A stretch of DNA of 64,000 nt, from NCBI GenBank assembly GCA_964234715.1, contig OZ174284.1, one strand, 5' to 3'. Below are positions 12,491 through 24,514 of this stretch, piece by piece. Made by a program: the position numbers and the translations under genes. Source of the DNA: Podarcis melisellensis (Eukaryota). Below the pieces are notes generated by a model. The model was not told where the DNA came from and did not search any database. It saw only the letters and a program-made list of their open reading frames with translations. Each line of letters opens with the position of its first letter. Within the stretch, counting starts at the first letter, position 1.

Positions 12491-13152
12491 GTAAATGGAC
12501 TATGCATGTTGCTGTGTGTGTGCATTCTAAAAAACTGAGTTTCAGGGCATGAATTTTGAATTCACTTCCATTTGGGGTAGCAAGCTGAAAAATCATATGC
12601 TAATCGTCAAAATGAATTTCTCTTACAGCAGAATGTGATGCCAATGTGGAGACCTTGTTGCCCCTGGCTATGCTGTTGGGAAGTGAGTGGGCCTCCCAAG
12701 ATGCAAAACACTTGCTAGCACTTCTCTTCTGGCTAGTAATGCCAATCATTGTATTGAAGACATGCTATACTCAACAGTCACTGGAAAAAAATCTCTCCTC
12801 AAACGTGTTCCCTGCAGCCTTGCTGTAGCTGGGGGAGATTTGAATGGACTTTGCACTCTGCATTGGCTTCTCTGTTGCACATTCTGCTAGTAAGATTTCT
12901 GGTTGCATGGCAAGCTGTAGTGCCACCATCATGTAGTGAGTAAAATGGTTGACTATCACCAGGCAACTTGTTTCAAATTTGCACGAAAACCTCAATTGGG
13001 GTTAAAAATTTGAAATGTTTAGATGCTTTAAGATGTTCTAGAGAGAACAGTGTGCTTTTCAGCTTCTAGTTACCTAGATGGATGGACTGTGATGGGGCTG
13101 GAAAAAGAGCTCTTTAACAAGATGCATGAAGGGAATGCTTTATTTTTTGCAG

Positions 13153-13253
13153 AGTACTTCTGGAGTTACTCAAACAGCACCTGCAGAGACTCAACCACCA
13201 GTGCAGCAGCAGCAGCCTTCGCAATCAACCCCATTGGTTTCCTCAATAGATAG
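13153..13253 (+). CDS. WNK1: WNK1 exon 13
   Basis: ttgcag|AGT ... AG|gtaaat; STSGVTQTAPAETQPPVQQQQPSQSTPLVSSID(S), phase 0-2. Confidence 0.88.
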
Positions 13254-13663
13254 GTAAATAGTAAATTATTGCATTTCAACTTGGATAGTTATCATTACAG
13301 ACATGGTTCTTCTGTTAATCTGTTTCTGATTTGGGTGGACTCTTAGCATGTGAACTCTTAACATCTGCCCTTGACATCTAAGCTGGGGCATGGAATTTGT
13401 TTGACTCCAGTTCCATCATCCCTGACAATCAGCCATGCTGACTGAGGCTGATGAGACCTCTGGAGGGTCACAGGTTACCCATCTCTAATTGTAGCTGATT
13501 ACTCCTTTCCTGAATTACAGCAAGGCTGCTCAGACACTAGTTGTACCAGGCTCATAATGTCCTAACTTAACTATACCTTACCCGTTGCAGCACCCTATTA
13601 AAAATGGCCTGTGTCTTTCCTGTGAGTGACTCAAAAGGCGACTCTTTCTTAAAGCATGTAGCA

Positions 13664-14434
13664 TAGTGATTCCCAAACTTTCCCCCCTACAGAAAATTGG
13701 TGAGGGTCTTGGTGAACTACTTAATTATTTTTATGCTTGTTATAGAAATTGTAATGTGCTGCGGTAGATGCTGTATGTTTTTTAAAAATTGCATTTAATT
13801 GCTTCTTGTACTTCTTATATATTGTACAGTCATATCTTGGGTTACAGACGCTTCAGGTTGCGCATTTTCAGGTTACGGACGCGCCGAAACCCGGTAGTAC
13901 TGGAACGGGCTGCTTCTGGGTTTCGGCGCTTGTGCATGTGCAAAAGCGCTAAATTGTGCTTTGCACATGCGCAGAAGCTCAAAAACACAACCGCACCTGC
14001 GCAGACGCGGTGCTGTGAGTTGCAGACGTGCCTCCCACACAGATCACGTTCGCAACCCGAGCACCCACTGTACGTTATTGTAAGGCAGCCCTCCATTTTT
14101 GCAGGGTTATGTTCTGAGTTACTGCACACATCCCTTGCGGGTTTGGCTCGATGCACATGTGTGCAGTTGCACATATATTGAATGTGTGTAAAGGGGGGGG
14201 GGTTGCATGTATTACAATTTGAAGTCTGTGGAATTAAAACTATAATATAAAATATAATATAAGAAATAAAAGAAGCAATGAACATACAAGTAATAATCAA
14301 TACATTATGAATGTTTAAGGCAATGAAAAGTACTGTTTCCCCGTTCAACCACAAATCCACAAACATGCTGTGGATCACCTGAATGAAGGCCACAGACTAC
14401 TAGTGGTCCACAAGCCACAGTTTGGAAACTCCTG
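13664..14434. mobile_element. Degenerate non-autonomous hAT-like element hosting a nested MITE
   Basis: Ends tagtgattcccaaact and agtttggaaactcctg form imperfect TIRs; TSD is poor. Confidence 0.5.
13827..14070. mobile_element. Tc1/mariner (Tigger-like) MITE
   Basis: TA|cagtcatatcttgggttac ... gcaacccgagcacccactg|TA; CpG-rich interior. Confidence 0.8.
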
Positions 14435-14663
14435 ATGAAATATACAAGAGAGGCATTTAATGACTAATTAAAAAACACATTTGAGCCTCATTTCACTAGT
14501 GCAGATTTAATCATCTTTATCAGCATGTAGTGGTAGGATTTTCTAAAGAGCATTTTACTTACATTCCTTGATTTGCTGAGAGTGATACTCAGCATGGAAA
14601 GGAAGTGGGGGAGGGATTACAGGTAAAAAATGGCTGATTTTTTCCCTACTTGTTTTTCTGTAG

Positions 14664-14826
14664 TGCACATTCAGATGTTGCTTCAGGCTTAAGTGACTGC
14701 AATGAAAGTGTTCCAGCATCTAGTGGTAGACATGAAGGGAGGACTACGAAACGGCATTATCGGAAGTCAGTGCGCAGCCGCTCTCGGCATGAGAAGACTA
14801 CACGTCCCAAACTGAGAATTCTTAAT
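14664..14826 (+). CDS. WNK1: WNK1 exon 14
   Basis: ctgtag|T ... AAT|gtgagt; AHSDVASGLSDCNE...GRHEGRTTKRHYRKSVRSRSRHEKTTRPKLRILN. Confidence 0.97.
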
Positions 14827-15459
14827 GTGAGTTTCTTTTGGTGATACTGCACTGTATAGTGCTGAATTATGGTTTAGTGTTACATCTGAATCAGTCCACT
14901 GTGTTTTAAAACCTCTGTTTTAGTGCATAGTTTATTAGACTCTTAAAAACTCTGTTTATTAGAGTACGCAAAAATCTTGGCCTTAAGTGCTCTCCCCTCC
15001 CATTGTCCTGCATGCAAGGGGAGGAGATTAGAAATGTTGCTTATTAGTTAACAGCAAACTATGATTTGCTCAAACCAGCATTATAAAGTATAGTTTGATC
15101 CAGGTTTGTAGGTAAGCTTTGGTTTGCTATTGAGTAGAATCTAAAGCTTCGTATCTCACTTTGCATGCAGAGGAAGGGGAGGAGGGAGTGTATGAGCCCC
15201 TCTTCATAACAACAAACCAATGTTTCTCATTATATCTGAATTCAGTCACTGTTCTAACCTCTTGACAAATTGTTCTCCTGTGCTGCTTTTTTGTCCTAAA
15301 TTCTTACATTGGGTTATACTATTGTGTTTCTCTGTGTTTGTTTGTTTTGCTTAAGATGGCATATATTGAGTTGTGCATATATTGAGTTGTGCTTCCACCG
15401 TATTTTAAGATTGTGTATGTATGACTGTGAGGGGAGACGGGGGGGAGAGAATGGCTTTA

Positions 15460-15745
15460 TTCACACAGCGCTAAGCCATGGTTCATTTAACAAACTATGA
15501 GCTGGCACATAGACAATCAAACTGTTGCTTGTTTTCCCCAAGTTCACCTCCTTCCAGCTGCTCTCATACCTTTCTAGCTTGGTGAGCTTCTGGGGTGGAG
15601 AGGCCAGACAAATCATGGTCAAGGAAGGTGGTTAGTTCACACATAACACAAAGCCATATTTAAAAGAAACTGGCACTAAATGTACCATGAGTATACTACT
15701 CGCCTGTGTTTAATAAACCATGGCTTCATGTTATGTGTGAACCAG
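15460..15745. mobile_element. MITE with long imperfect TIRs (family uncertain; related pieces near 5840-6000 and 55500-55580)
   Basis: tcacacagcgctaagccatggttcatttaaca versus tgtttaataaaccatggcttcatgttatgtgtga. Confidence 0.6.
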
Positions 15746-15989
15746 ACAACTCTGTCCCCTTGTAATATATGGAATTTCACTTTTATGGGAGAAGACTGAA
15801 TTCAACCCCCCATGCCCCTGAATGCCATGTTCAGTCCGTTTATGGCTGTGGGGAAAATCCCTGGTGGTTCTTGATAATTTCATCTGTGTATTTTCCTGCC
15901 TCTCTATATTGCTCCCAGCCCATCTACAGCTATCATTCTCTTCCATTGTGTTTACTTCTCATATTGAATAACAGAATTATCTGTTCCAG

Positions 15990-16106
15990 GTTTCAAATAA
16001 AGGAGACCGTGTTGTGGAATGCCAGTTAGAAACGCACAATAGAAAAATGGTTACTTTCAAATTTGACTTGGACGGTGACAATCCAGAAGAAATAGCCTCT
16101 ATCATG
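15990..16106 (+). CDS. WNK1: WNK1 exon 15 (second CCT-like domain)
   Basis: ttccag|GTT ... ATG|gtaagc; [39 protein letters not shown]. Confidence 0.97.
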
Positions 16107-16769
16107 GTAAGCAGTTCAGATGGAAGCTTAATTCTGTATTCAAATATTAGCTTCAGTACCTAATATTTAATTACTACTGAATTTGCTTTCTCCAAGCGCT
16201 TGTTTTTAGCACAGTTCTTGTTGTAATTTGTCTGCTGAGTTTGCCACAGTTTGCTGGTTAATGAATGTCTGAAGTTGCTGTGTGTAGGCTAGTACTTGCT
16301 TAAATCAAACAGTTGAAGACATGAATCAACTTCTTTCTCAGAACTATCATTTCTTCAAGCAAACAATTGTCCAACTGTTCTGCACTCAAGGGCCATGATC
16401 CGGAAGCAGCAACTGGCTAGCCCAAAAGCAGAATGCATATTTTTATTTTGGGGGAAAATCAGACCTCTAATATTTGTTTCCATAACTACTGTAATGTTTG
16501 GGAAATGATATACAAAGTATTTAGTCTGTCAAGTAACATAATGGAAGGCCCCCAGTAAACTCCATGATTACTGAGAATATAGCTGTTCATCCTCTGTTTA
16601 GATTGGTTATCCCTCCCTCTTGTTATCACTGCAAGAGATGCAGTCACGTTTGCAGAAGACAGAAAGCAGCAGATTTGGCGAGTGTCTCTGTGACCAAAGC
16701 TGGGCATAGTTGAGTTCACTATCTCACCAGTTTATTTTTTTATTTCATAAAATGTTTACATCGCTTAAT

Positions 16770-16771
<2 letters not shown>

Positions 16772-16825
<54 letters not shown>
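16772..16825 (+). repeat. (GA)n microsatellite
   Basis: About 27 perfect GA units. Confidence 0.98.
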
Positions 16826-16829
<4 letters not shown>

Positions 16830-17048
16830 TCAAAGTGATTTACAAAAAGTGTTCAAACTAGTACAGTACTTGTAGATTGGAAGGCTAGTTTTCCTTTTTA
16901 GGATAGGAGAGAAAAGGGCAGCATCTGTAACTGCCATAGTGCTGCATAGTTTTCTGTTTGGTGCGTCCGCCTGAACTGCTGCTGTTACTTGCTCAGGTGA
17001 GTGGAAGGTGACATGTCTGTACTTACCACAATTCAAAATTTCATGCAG

Positions 17049-17195
17049 GTGCAAAATGAATTCATCTTGGCAATGGAGAGAGATTCATTTGTAGAGCAGG
17101 TGCGTGACATCATAGAAAAGGCAGATGAAATGCTCAGCGAGGATGCAAGTGGGGAACCAGAAGGTGACCAGAGCATGGACAGTATGCATAACCAG
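17049..17195 (+). CDS. WNK1: WNK1 exon 16
   Basis: atgcag|GTG ... CAG|gtaagg; VQNEFILAMERDSFVEQVRDIIEKADEMLSED...MHNQ. Confidence 0.93.
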
Positions 17196-17512
17196 GTAAG
17201 GGTTTATCTTACTGCCTGCACTCATGCCTTCTGCCACAAGGTCTATGCGTCTTTCTACTGCTCTTTCTTCCAACAAGCAGTCTTGGCAAAAGTTATCTAT
17301 CACTTGAGCTAAAGTCTTAATGATAAAGAAATTATGAAAGCCATGAAATGACTCCTCCTTGGCCATGTAAGTGGAAGGGAGTTCACAAGCCCCAGAGGAG
17401 GTTTACCTAGAACTAAACCAGAATTTACCATTTCACCCAGACATGGCCATCAGTGTATTTAGTGGTCGAATGCTGGGATTATGCAGAAAAATAATCATTT
17501 CATTTGTTGCAG

Positions 17513-17570
17513 AAATTGGATGGAGACTTCAAACAGCCAGATCCTGTGTCTTCTATGCCACAAAGAATAG
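17513..17570 (+). CDS. WNK1: WNK1 exon 17
   Basis: ttgcag|AAA ... G|gtaagg; KLDGDFKQPDPVSSMPQRI(G), 58 nt. Confidence 0.92.
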
Positions 17571-17731
17571 GTAAGGGCTATTGAATTCTCTTAACAATCT
17601 TCTATTGCTGGTTTGTATTCTAGGTGTAGTATAAGACAGTCATGGCATGATTCAGGACCGTGTGGTAGATTGTACATAGCTCAGTAGGAAATTGCACAAC
17701 TGTAATTCTACATTTTTCTCTGTTACTTTAG

Positions 17732-17869
17732 GTGTTCCTCCTAACTCATTGACTCAGGTTGTCCATTCTGCTGGAAGACGGTTTATTGTCAGCCCTGTAC
17801 CCGAAAGTAGGTTACGAGAACAGAGATTTTTCACTTCTATCCCATCAGAAAGTGAGCTGCTTGATATAG
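17732..17869 (+). CDS. WNK1: WNK1 exon 18 (RFIV SPAK/OSR1 docking motif)
   Basis: ctttag|GT ... G|gtgagt; VPPNSLTQVVHSAGRRFIVSPVPESRLRE. Confidence 0.95.
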
Positions 17870-18305
17870 GTGAGTTAATCACCATTCCCAACACAGCCTG
17901 CTCTTACCACTAACAGAATGTGTGGATTTCAAGGAAACAGTTTTACAGGGCTGTATCAATAATGAATTTATTATTTCTTTCTAAAGGCATGTCTCTCTCC
18001 ATGTGTACCTACCTGTCTGTTGGGTTCTTCTTCAGAGGCCATTCTCAGTGTCTCCAGCCAAATGAACTGCAACTGGCGGTTATGGGGGAGAGAATGTCCT
18101 TGCTTGGTGTCAGCTCCAGGCAAATGCATTTTTTTAAAAAATCAAAACATCCAGGTGGTTTCATTTACTGAAGCTTTAACATGTTTTTATTTCATCTGAC
18201 TCTTTTGTATTTTTTATGTTGGAATTTTGAATGGTTTTATTGTTTATTGTGAGCTGCATTAAGAACTTTATTGTAGGGTGGCTTGCAAATATTGTAAATC
18301 AAAGA

Positions 18306-18424
18306 TGGGGAACCATTGACCTTCCAGATGTTGTTAGATACCAGCTCCCATCAGCCCCAGCTAACAGAGCCAAGGATGATGGGAGTTGTAGATCAGCTGC
18401 ACCTGAAGGGCTGCAGTTTCCCTA
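18306..18424. mobile_element. Short palindromic hAT-type MITE (other copies near 7568-7702, 11358-11468, 13385-13480, 24945-25035)
   Basis: ccagatgttgtt...ctcccatca ... tgatgggagttgtag...ctgaagggc self-complementary halves recurring in the window. Confidence 0.7.
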
Positions 18425-18938
18425 TCTTTGTGGTAAAAATATATAGGTAAAATGAAAGTAAACCTACCTTCTTTCTTTATTAGCATGGCATAAACTGTTG
18501 CCATCTATTTGAGTGTGCAGTACTGTGATAGTTATACTGTTAGAAAATTAGGATTCCTAGTCATAAAGGGGTATCTAGCTGCCTCTTGCATCCATAAGCT
18601 ATCTTGCATATATATGCTTGTTTCCAGTACTTTATAAGCCTCAGTGACTTGAATTTGTGGTAGTTCACCGTTGCTGAAACCTGTGGCAGCAGGGGAATCA
18701 GAAAAATAACTAATTGTGCCACAGTGTTCCTCCTTCCCCCAAGTTTCCTTTAGGTAGAAAATGAAGACGCAGTCAGTGCAAAAATCTTTTGCTATAGAAA
18801 GTACTTATGGCCTTTGATATCTTTCAGAAATCCAAGTTAGGCCCATTGATTTCAGTGGGGCTACTCTGAGTAAAACTTTGTTAACTACCACCCAGTAAGT
18901 TTCTGCAGAGAAGCTGACTTTGCCTCTCTTCCTTGCAG

Positions 18939-20341
18939 TTGCTGCTTCTCCATCTCATGGCCCTGGAATGAATCTCTCTCACTCTGCATCTTCACTCAGT
19001 CTGCAACAAGCTTTCTCCGAGCTCAAGCACGCTCAAATGACGGAAGGACCAAGCACAGCCCCCCCAGTTTTTAACCAGGCTGTGCCACCTTTTCCATGCC
19101 TAAGTTCAAGCATGAATGGGGGGCTGCCACCAACATCGGTGCCTGCTCCTTCTGCCTCAGTTCCTTCCACCACCGGTGTTTCTTTACCAGCAACTCAGTC
19201 AACAGAAAAAGTGCCAGCAGGGCTTCCGTCGGGTGAAGAATTGCCAGGCTCCAGCTCTCCACCACCAGGGTTGCAGTCACAGTCAATTAGCGGAGTGCCT
19301 TCCAGTGTCAGTGCACCTTCTTCTTTGTCCACAACTGCATCCCAGGCGGCTTCTGCTGTTGGGGAAATTGTTCCTAGTGTTAGCACCCCTGCTTCTTTAA
19401 CATTGCCACAAGCCGGAATGACAAGGCCTAGCATTACAATATCGGGAGTTGTGGCACCAACTGCTGCATCTCAACTGGTTGGTGCTGGCAGTGCTGCCCC
19501 GGCCGTTTCTCAAACTTCGGTCCCTGTGTCTTCGGCACAGAGCGTGGTTTCGCAGCCTTCTCAGTTGAGCACCAGCGGCTCTGTACCCAGCCTAGCTGAA
19601 ATGGTGGTAGTTAGTGTGCTGCAGCCAAGGTCAAAAACCGAACAGTCACCGGAAAAACCACAGCAAGTCAGCGGAGGTGGACTGCCCACTCCTGTTTCTG
19701 TACCTATATCATCTGCAGTAGCATCAAGCATATCTAGCTCAATCTCGCAGCCGCTACCCATCCCACCCACAGTTACCTCATCTAGCTTAGGTGCGGCGGC
19801 AGGTGCTGTCTCTACCCCAGTATTACCTGGCATTCTGCCATTGGCACAACCAGTAACGAATGTCCCTGCAGTCCAGCAGACTTTAATACATACTCAGCCT
19901 CAACCAGCTCCATTAGCCAATCAACCTCATACTCACTGCCTGGAAGGGGATGTTGACAGTCAACCCAAAGCACCCGGCATAGATGACATAAAGACTTTGG
20001 AAGAAAAACTCCGGTCCCTTTTCAGTGAGCATGGCGGTGTTGGAGCAGCTCACCCATCGGTATCCCTGGAGACATCACTGGTGGTGGAGACTACAGTTAT
20101 GCCTGGCTTGCCAACCACTGCTGTTGCGCCCACAAAACCTGCGGCACCTGTTGCAAGTACCAGTATACCACCAGCCAGTTTGATTCTTGGTCCAACAGGC
20201 TTACCTATTGCGACTCCAGTAGCCACACCTGGGCAAGCAGGCACTCCAGTTACTTGTGTTACTACTACAACATGCAGTACGGCTTCAGCAACAGCCAAAT
20301 CAGGGACACCTCCTTCAAAGCCACCTCTTAGCAGGGCACCG
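18939..20341 (+). CDS. WNK1: WNK1 exon 19 (large Ser/Pro/Thr-rich exon)
   Basis: ttgcag|TT ... CCG|gtaagg; GMNLSHSASSLSLQQAFSEL...GIDDIKTLEEKLRSLFSEH; 1403 nt, phase 1-0. Confidence 0.96.
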
Positions 20342-21398
20342 GTAAGGAATCCAGTGGTCTTATGAATGCGTTTTAAAATATCCTAAGCTAGGAGCCTTCT
20401 AAGACTGACCTGGAACATTTAGCTATTCCTTCCATGGTCAGTTCTGTGCATTTAGTGCTTTAATTCAGCTGTTCTTTCCCCCATTTGTTTGCATACCTCT
20501 TAAGTATTGGTGCTTGCCATGACCTCATTGTCTACAAAACAAGGAAGAAATAATGTATCACTAGCACCATGGGCTGTTTTCATTTCAATTCACATTCTGG
20601 GTGGCCAATAGCCACGGCAGCTTCTTCAAGTGCAAGGCAAACGTCTGACCAACATTGAGACAATTGTTGTAGTTTGCTCCTGAGCATCAATTTATTAAGA
20701 TGTAACAAGAAACATGCGTGTGGGGCGTGCATGTACACACATTGTTAGCTGTTTTTGGGTGGGCATATGAGGCCTGTTTTGTGGCGTACATTCAGTAAAT
20801 AGAGAAGATGTTGAGTGCCAAAGTATGCAGTAGGTTTTGTAGTCTGATGGCACACTTGCCATATTAACTGTAGTCCTATGTAAACATGGGCTGTGCCATC
20901 AATATAAATTCTACAGGGGAAACTACAGTTGGAAAAGAGATGGCTAAAAGATTTGTGGTGTTCACAGAAATTTGTATCAGATTGTGTAGAGTCAATTGTT
21001 TCCTAAAACTGAACAGTGTCAAAGTAGATAGCATGGACTTTCAGTTCATTCATGTTGCCAAAAAGTACTGTGCACAGTGATTATTCCAGCCTGAAATTTG
21101 TACAGCTATGTATTTTTAAGAGGGAGTTGAGAGAGTGTTCAGAGATCCCGCACCTTATCTTTTAAACTTTCATTTCTATTATGGAAAGTCATATGGAAGT
21201 CGCTGGAATGTTCTGTTTAACTTTGCTATGAGACTGATGTGCTTCATTCTACTGCCTCTTATCTAACAACTTTTTGTTAACTTAGCTGAGTTTTTCCTTG
21301 CATTTTGCATGTTCAACCTTCTTTTAATAAAACACCCAGTAGACTGCTAGTTTTTATGAATTCAACTAAACCCAAACATGCACCATCAGTCCATTTGC

Positions 21399-21480
21399 AA
21401 TTATTTGGAAGGCTGATCAACCAAAAGTGTAAAAAGGAGCTACTTTTTACACTTTTGGTTGATCAGCCTTCCAAATAATT
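21399..21480. repeat. 82-bp near-perfect palindrome (38-bp perfect arms)
   Basis: aattatttggaaggctgatcaaccaaaagtgtaaaaag-gagcta-ctttttacacttttggttgatcagccttccaaataatt. Confidence 0.97.
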
Positions 21481-22642
21481 ACAGTAACCATAATCCACAA
21501 ATACTTACTTTAGCTAGCCAGACCTTCTGAATGTACTTGTGCATCAAATGATGGCTTGAGACATGCCATATTGCAAACTACTTGCATGGGAAGAGAGGTT
21601 TTTCTCTCTCAGTATAGCATGGTGTATAAACAATAATACACATTCAGTAGTTTCTATCAAAATGGCTACAACAGATGCTTTGTTGTAGAATGGTAATAGG
21701 TTTCTAAGCATGAATGCCATAAGACTGTAATACTAGGCACTGTGGATTTCTGTAGTGTTTGCTGTGCCTAACTATGTCTCATGAATCAGTATCTGGGATA
21801 ACAGCGTTATCTTAAGAATTGTTTGGAGAAGACTGCTAAAAGTTTTTTCCTCCACTTGGGGCTATATCACATATGACACTATTTTATGCAGGGACCGCAA
21901 TTAGTCTGCTGGAAAACTAGGTAGTGTATTACGTGTTACAAAACAAAACAAAACTGCCACATGAGTTTACAAGCTTCTGTGTAGAGTAGTTTTCATAACA
22001 TGAGTAGAAAAATGGTCCATGTATGAAATGAGTATAAAGGCAACTCTGGCATTGACCTTTGAGAGCCTTTACCTGGTCTGGGTGGTATTCAGCTAAGTTT
22101 TACTCAAAGTAGACCTGCTGAAATTAGTTGCTCCCTTAGTCACATTCATTCATTTTAATGGCTCTATGATTCTGTGAAAACTTGGCTGTGTATTGCCTTG
22201 TTTAAACTGCCCTTAAATACGGGGGTTGGTTGTGTTCCCTCTAATAACTTTCGCTGCACTTTATGTTTACAGTCAAATAACCCAGATCCCACTATCAATC
22301 CAGTAGCAGGTAGGAGGGTAGGAAATCTGTACCAAGTGTTAGTGAGAGACAAGCAGTTGCCAGGGAGTGAGCAGAGAAGGGGCAACACTATAGAAATGGG
22401 AAGTCAGAAAAAGGTGGCAAAGCATCCAAGTGCTGGACCATGTTTTAGCGTATCCCCATCTTCAGGGATAATATGCTATTTGTGGTGGTTGAGTCAAAGC
22501 ACATTGTCTCAAAATTTGTTTCTATTTTGTTAATGGTACTCCTTCAGTATTAAAGCTTCTACAGCAAATTTTCTTTTTTCTATATGATGTTACAATCTTT
22601 TTTCTTCTGTGACTGAACTTGAATTTTACCATCTATTCATAG

Positions 22643-22726
22643 GGGCCACTGGTAGGTTCTGAACTTCCAGCTGGCACTCCAGCCAGTGAGCCGCTGCCAC
22701 CCTTTCCAGGACCTACACTAACTCAG
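22643..22726 (+). CDS. WNK1: WNK1 exon 20
   Basis: tcatag|GGG ... CAG|gtgcta; GPLVGSELPAGTPASEPLPPFPGPTLTQ, 84 nt. Confidence 0.92.
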
Positions 22727-23209
22727 GTGCTATATCTGCTTCTCTTTTTTCCCCTTTTCAAAGAGCATGTTTAAATTAAACTCTATTGCATGTTATTTCT
22801 TTCTACACTGTTTTTTTTACACCGAGTAACCTTTTCTTTTATAAAAATTGAAATGGTTTCTTCATTTGATACTCCTTTTTTCCTTTGAAGATTGCTGTGC
22901 CCCAGTGTGCAAGCCCCACAAAGAAATAAAAGCTGCTGAACTTCATGAGCACTAGTTTAAAGCTACTTGTACTTTCTTGGGGTCAGCATTGTAGACCCAA
23001 AACAGCTGGAGGGCCGAGTTTGAGGATGCCTGTTCTAAACTAACCTTAGTCACCTCATCAGTCAATGCTGCTATAATATTTTCATGGCTGGATATGTAAA
23101 CAAACTCCTGAATAAATTATAGCAATTAAAGATATATTTTTATACTTTTACTTAGGCCTCTCTTTCTGTTTTCATACTATTCATACTATTCCTTCATAAC
23201 CATGCTTAC

Positions 23210-23358
23210 GAGTGGCGCTGTGGGTTAAACCACAGAGCCTAGGGCTTGCTGATCAGAAGGTCGGCGGTTCGAATCCCCATGATGGGGTGATCTCCCGCTG
23301 CTTGGTCCCTGCTCCTGCCAACCTAGCAGTTCGAAAGCAAGTCAGAGTGCAAGTAGAT
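23210..23358 (+). mobile_element. Sauria-type SINE, 5' part only
   Basis: gtggcgctgtgggttaaaccacagagcctagggcttgctgatcagaaggtcggcggttcgaatccc (B box) ... gtgcaagtagat. Confidence 0.9.
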
Positions 23359-23754
23359 GTTCCCCAAGGTCTGAAACAGATGGATGAAGTGTAAAGGATG
23401 AAATTTAATGAATGCACATGAGCTGGTTCCTTTGATTCCTAGATTATGGGGTAGATAAAACAACTGTGTTTGCCTATGAAGGCTAAGGACTGGTTTATAT
23501 GGTTTTTATTGAGGTGCCAAGACATGGATTGAACGGATTTGACTGTAGTTGACTTTTGCATTGGTCATATAATAACATCAGGTAGCTTGTTTGCTTTCAA
23601 CAGACATCTACTGAGCATTAAGGAGTGATTCTTTTGGAAACTTTGTAAATGACAGTGTGTTAAATGTTGGATGGGTAGAAAAATGTAGCCCAGAGTATTA
23701 TGGGAATCTGACATCTCAACAGTCACCTGACTGGCTCAAGGATGCTTGTATTAA

Positions 23755-23870
23755 GGGTGGAATTCAACTAAGCTATACTCAGAGTAGACCAATTGAAATT
23801 AATGAGCATGACTAATTGAGGTCCATTAATTTCAATGTTCTACTCTGAATAAAGCATAATTGAATAACAT
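23755..23870. mobile_element. Palindromic AT-rich MITE (related copies near 22081-22200 and 18835-18895)
   Basis: ttcaactaagctatactcagagtagaccaattgaaattaatg is an imperfect inverted repeat of cattaatttcaatgttctactctgaataaagcataattgaa. Confidence 0.7.
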
Positions 23871-24427
23871 ACAATGTGCCCATTTATCTCTCCTCTTATT
23901 TCCTGCCATATAGCTATTGAAAACTGGAAATAACTGTTCTCTGAAAGTTTAGTGCACCTCAACTCTGGGTATATATCATGTAAGCAGCAGTCCATTCTCA
24001 GTTCACTTTATACACCTAAAGTAGGCTGTTGGCTATAAACATTTATCCCAATAAAATAGTTTCCAAGGTGCCCACACAGGATTATTCTGAAGGAGGCTTT
24101 GTGTCTGTGTCTTAAGTGGCTGTGGGCTGTGGAATACACAAACACACAAGTTCTGGACTCTTCGCTAGGTTTCTTTAAAAACATGAAATTGATTAGCTTC
24201 CGAGAAGCTTGACTGCTGCATTGTATGTTGTCGTAAATGACATTATGGTGAAGTAAAGTCACATTCATGAATGTTCTATGATTAAAGGATGATAAAATTG
24301 TGGTCTTCTGCTTAATCATTTTCTGGATGTCACTTCAGAATTCTCTTGTAGAATTCAAAATAGTTTAGATGTTACATGTATAGCAAGGTTTAAAGGGGCA
24401 ACAGCTAACTGTTCCTACTTCCTGCAG

Positions 24428-24514
24428 TCCCAGCAACCTCTGGAGGACTTGGATGCCCAGCTGAGAAGAGCCTTGAGTCCAGAAAATGTTCCAACAACAT
24501 CAGCTCCTGCCGGT
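24428..24514 (+). CDS. WNK1: WNK1 exon 21
   Basis: ctgcag|TCC ... GGT|gtaagt; SQQPLEDLDAQLRRALSPENVPTTSAPAG. Confidence 0.94.

Noticed and set aside
13789-14393. 130-aa and 183-aa ORFs
   Set aside because: They overlap MITE sequence and show no transposase or other recognisable motifs
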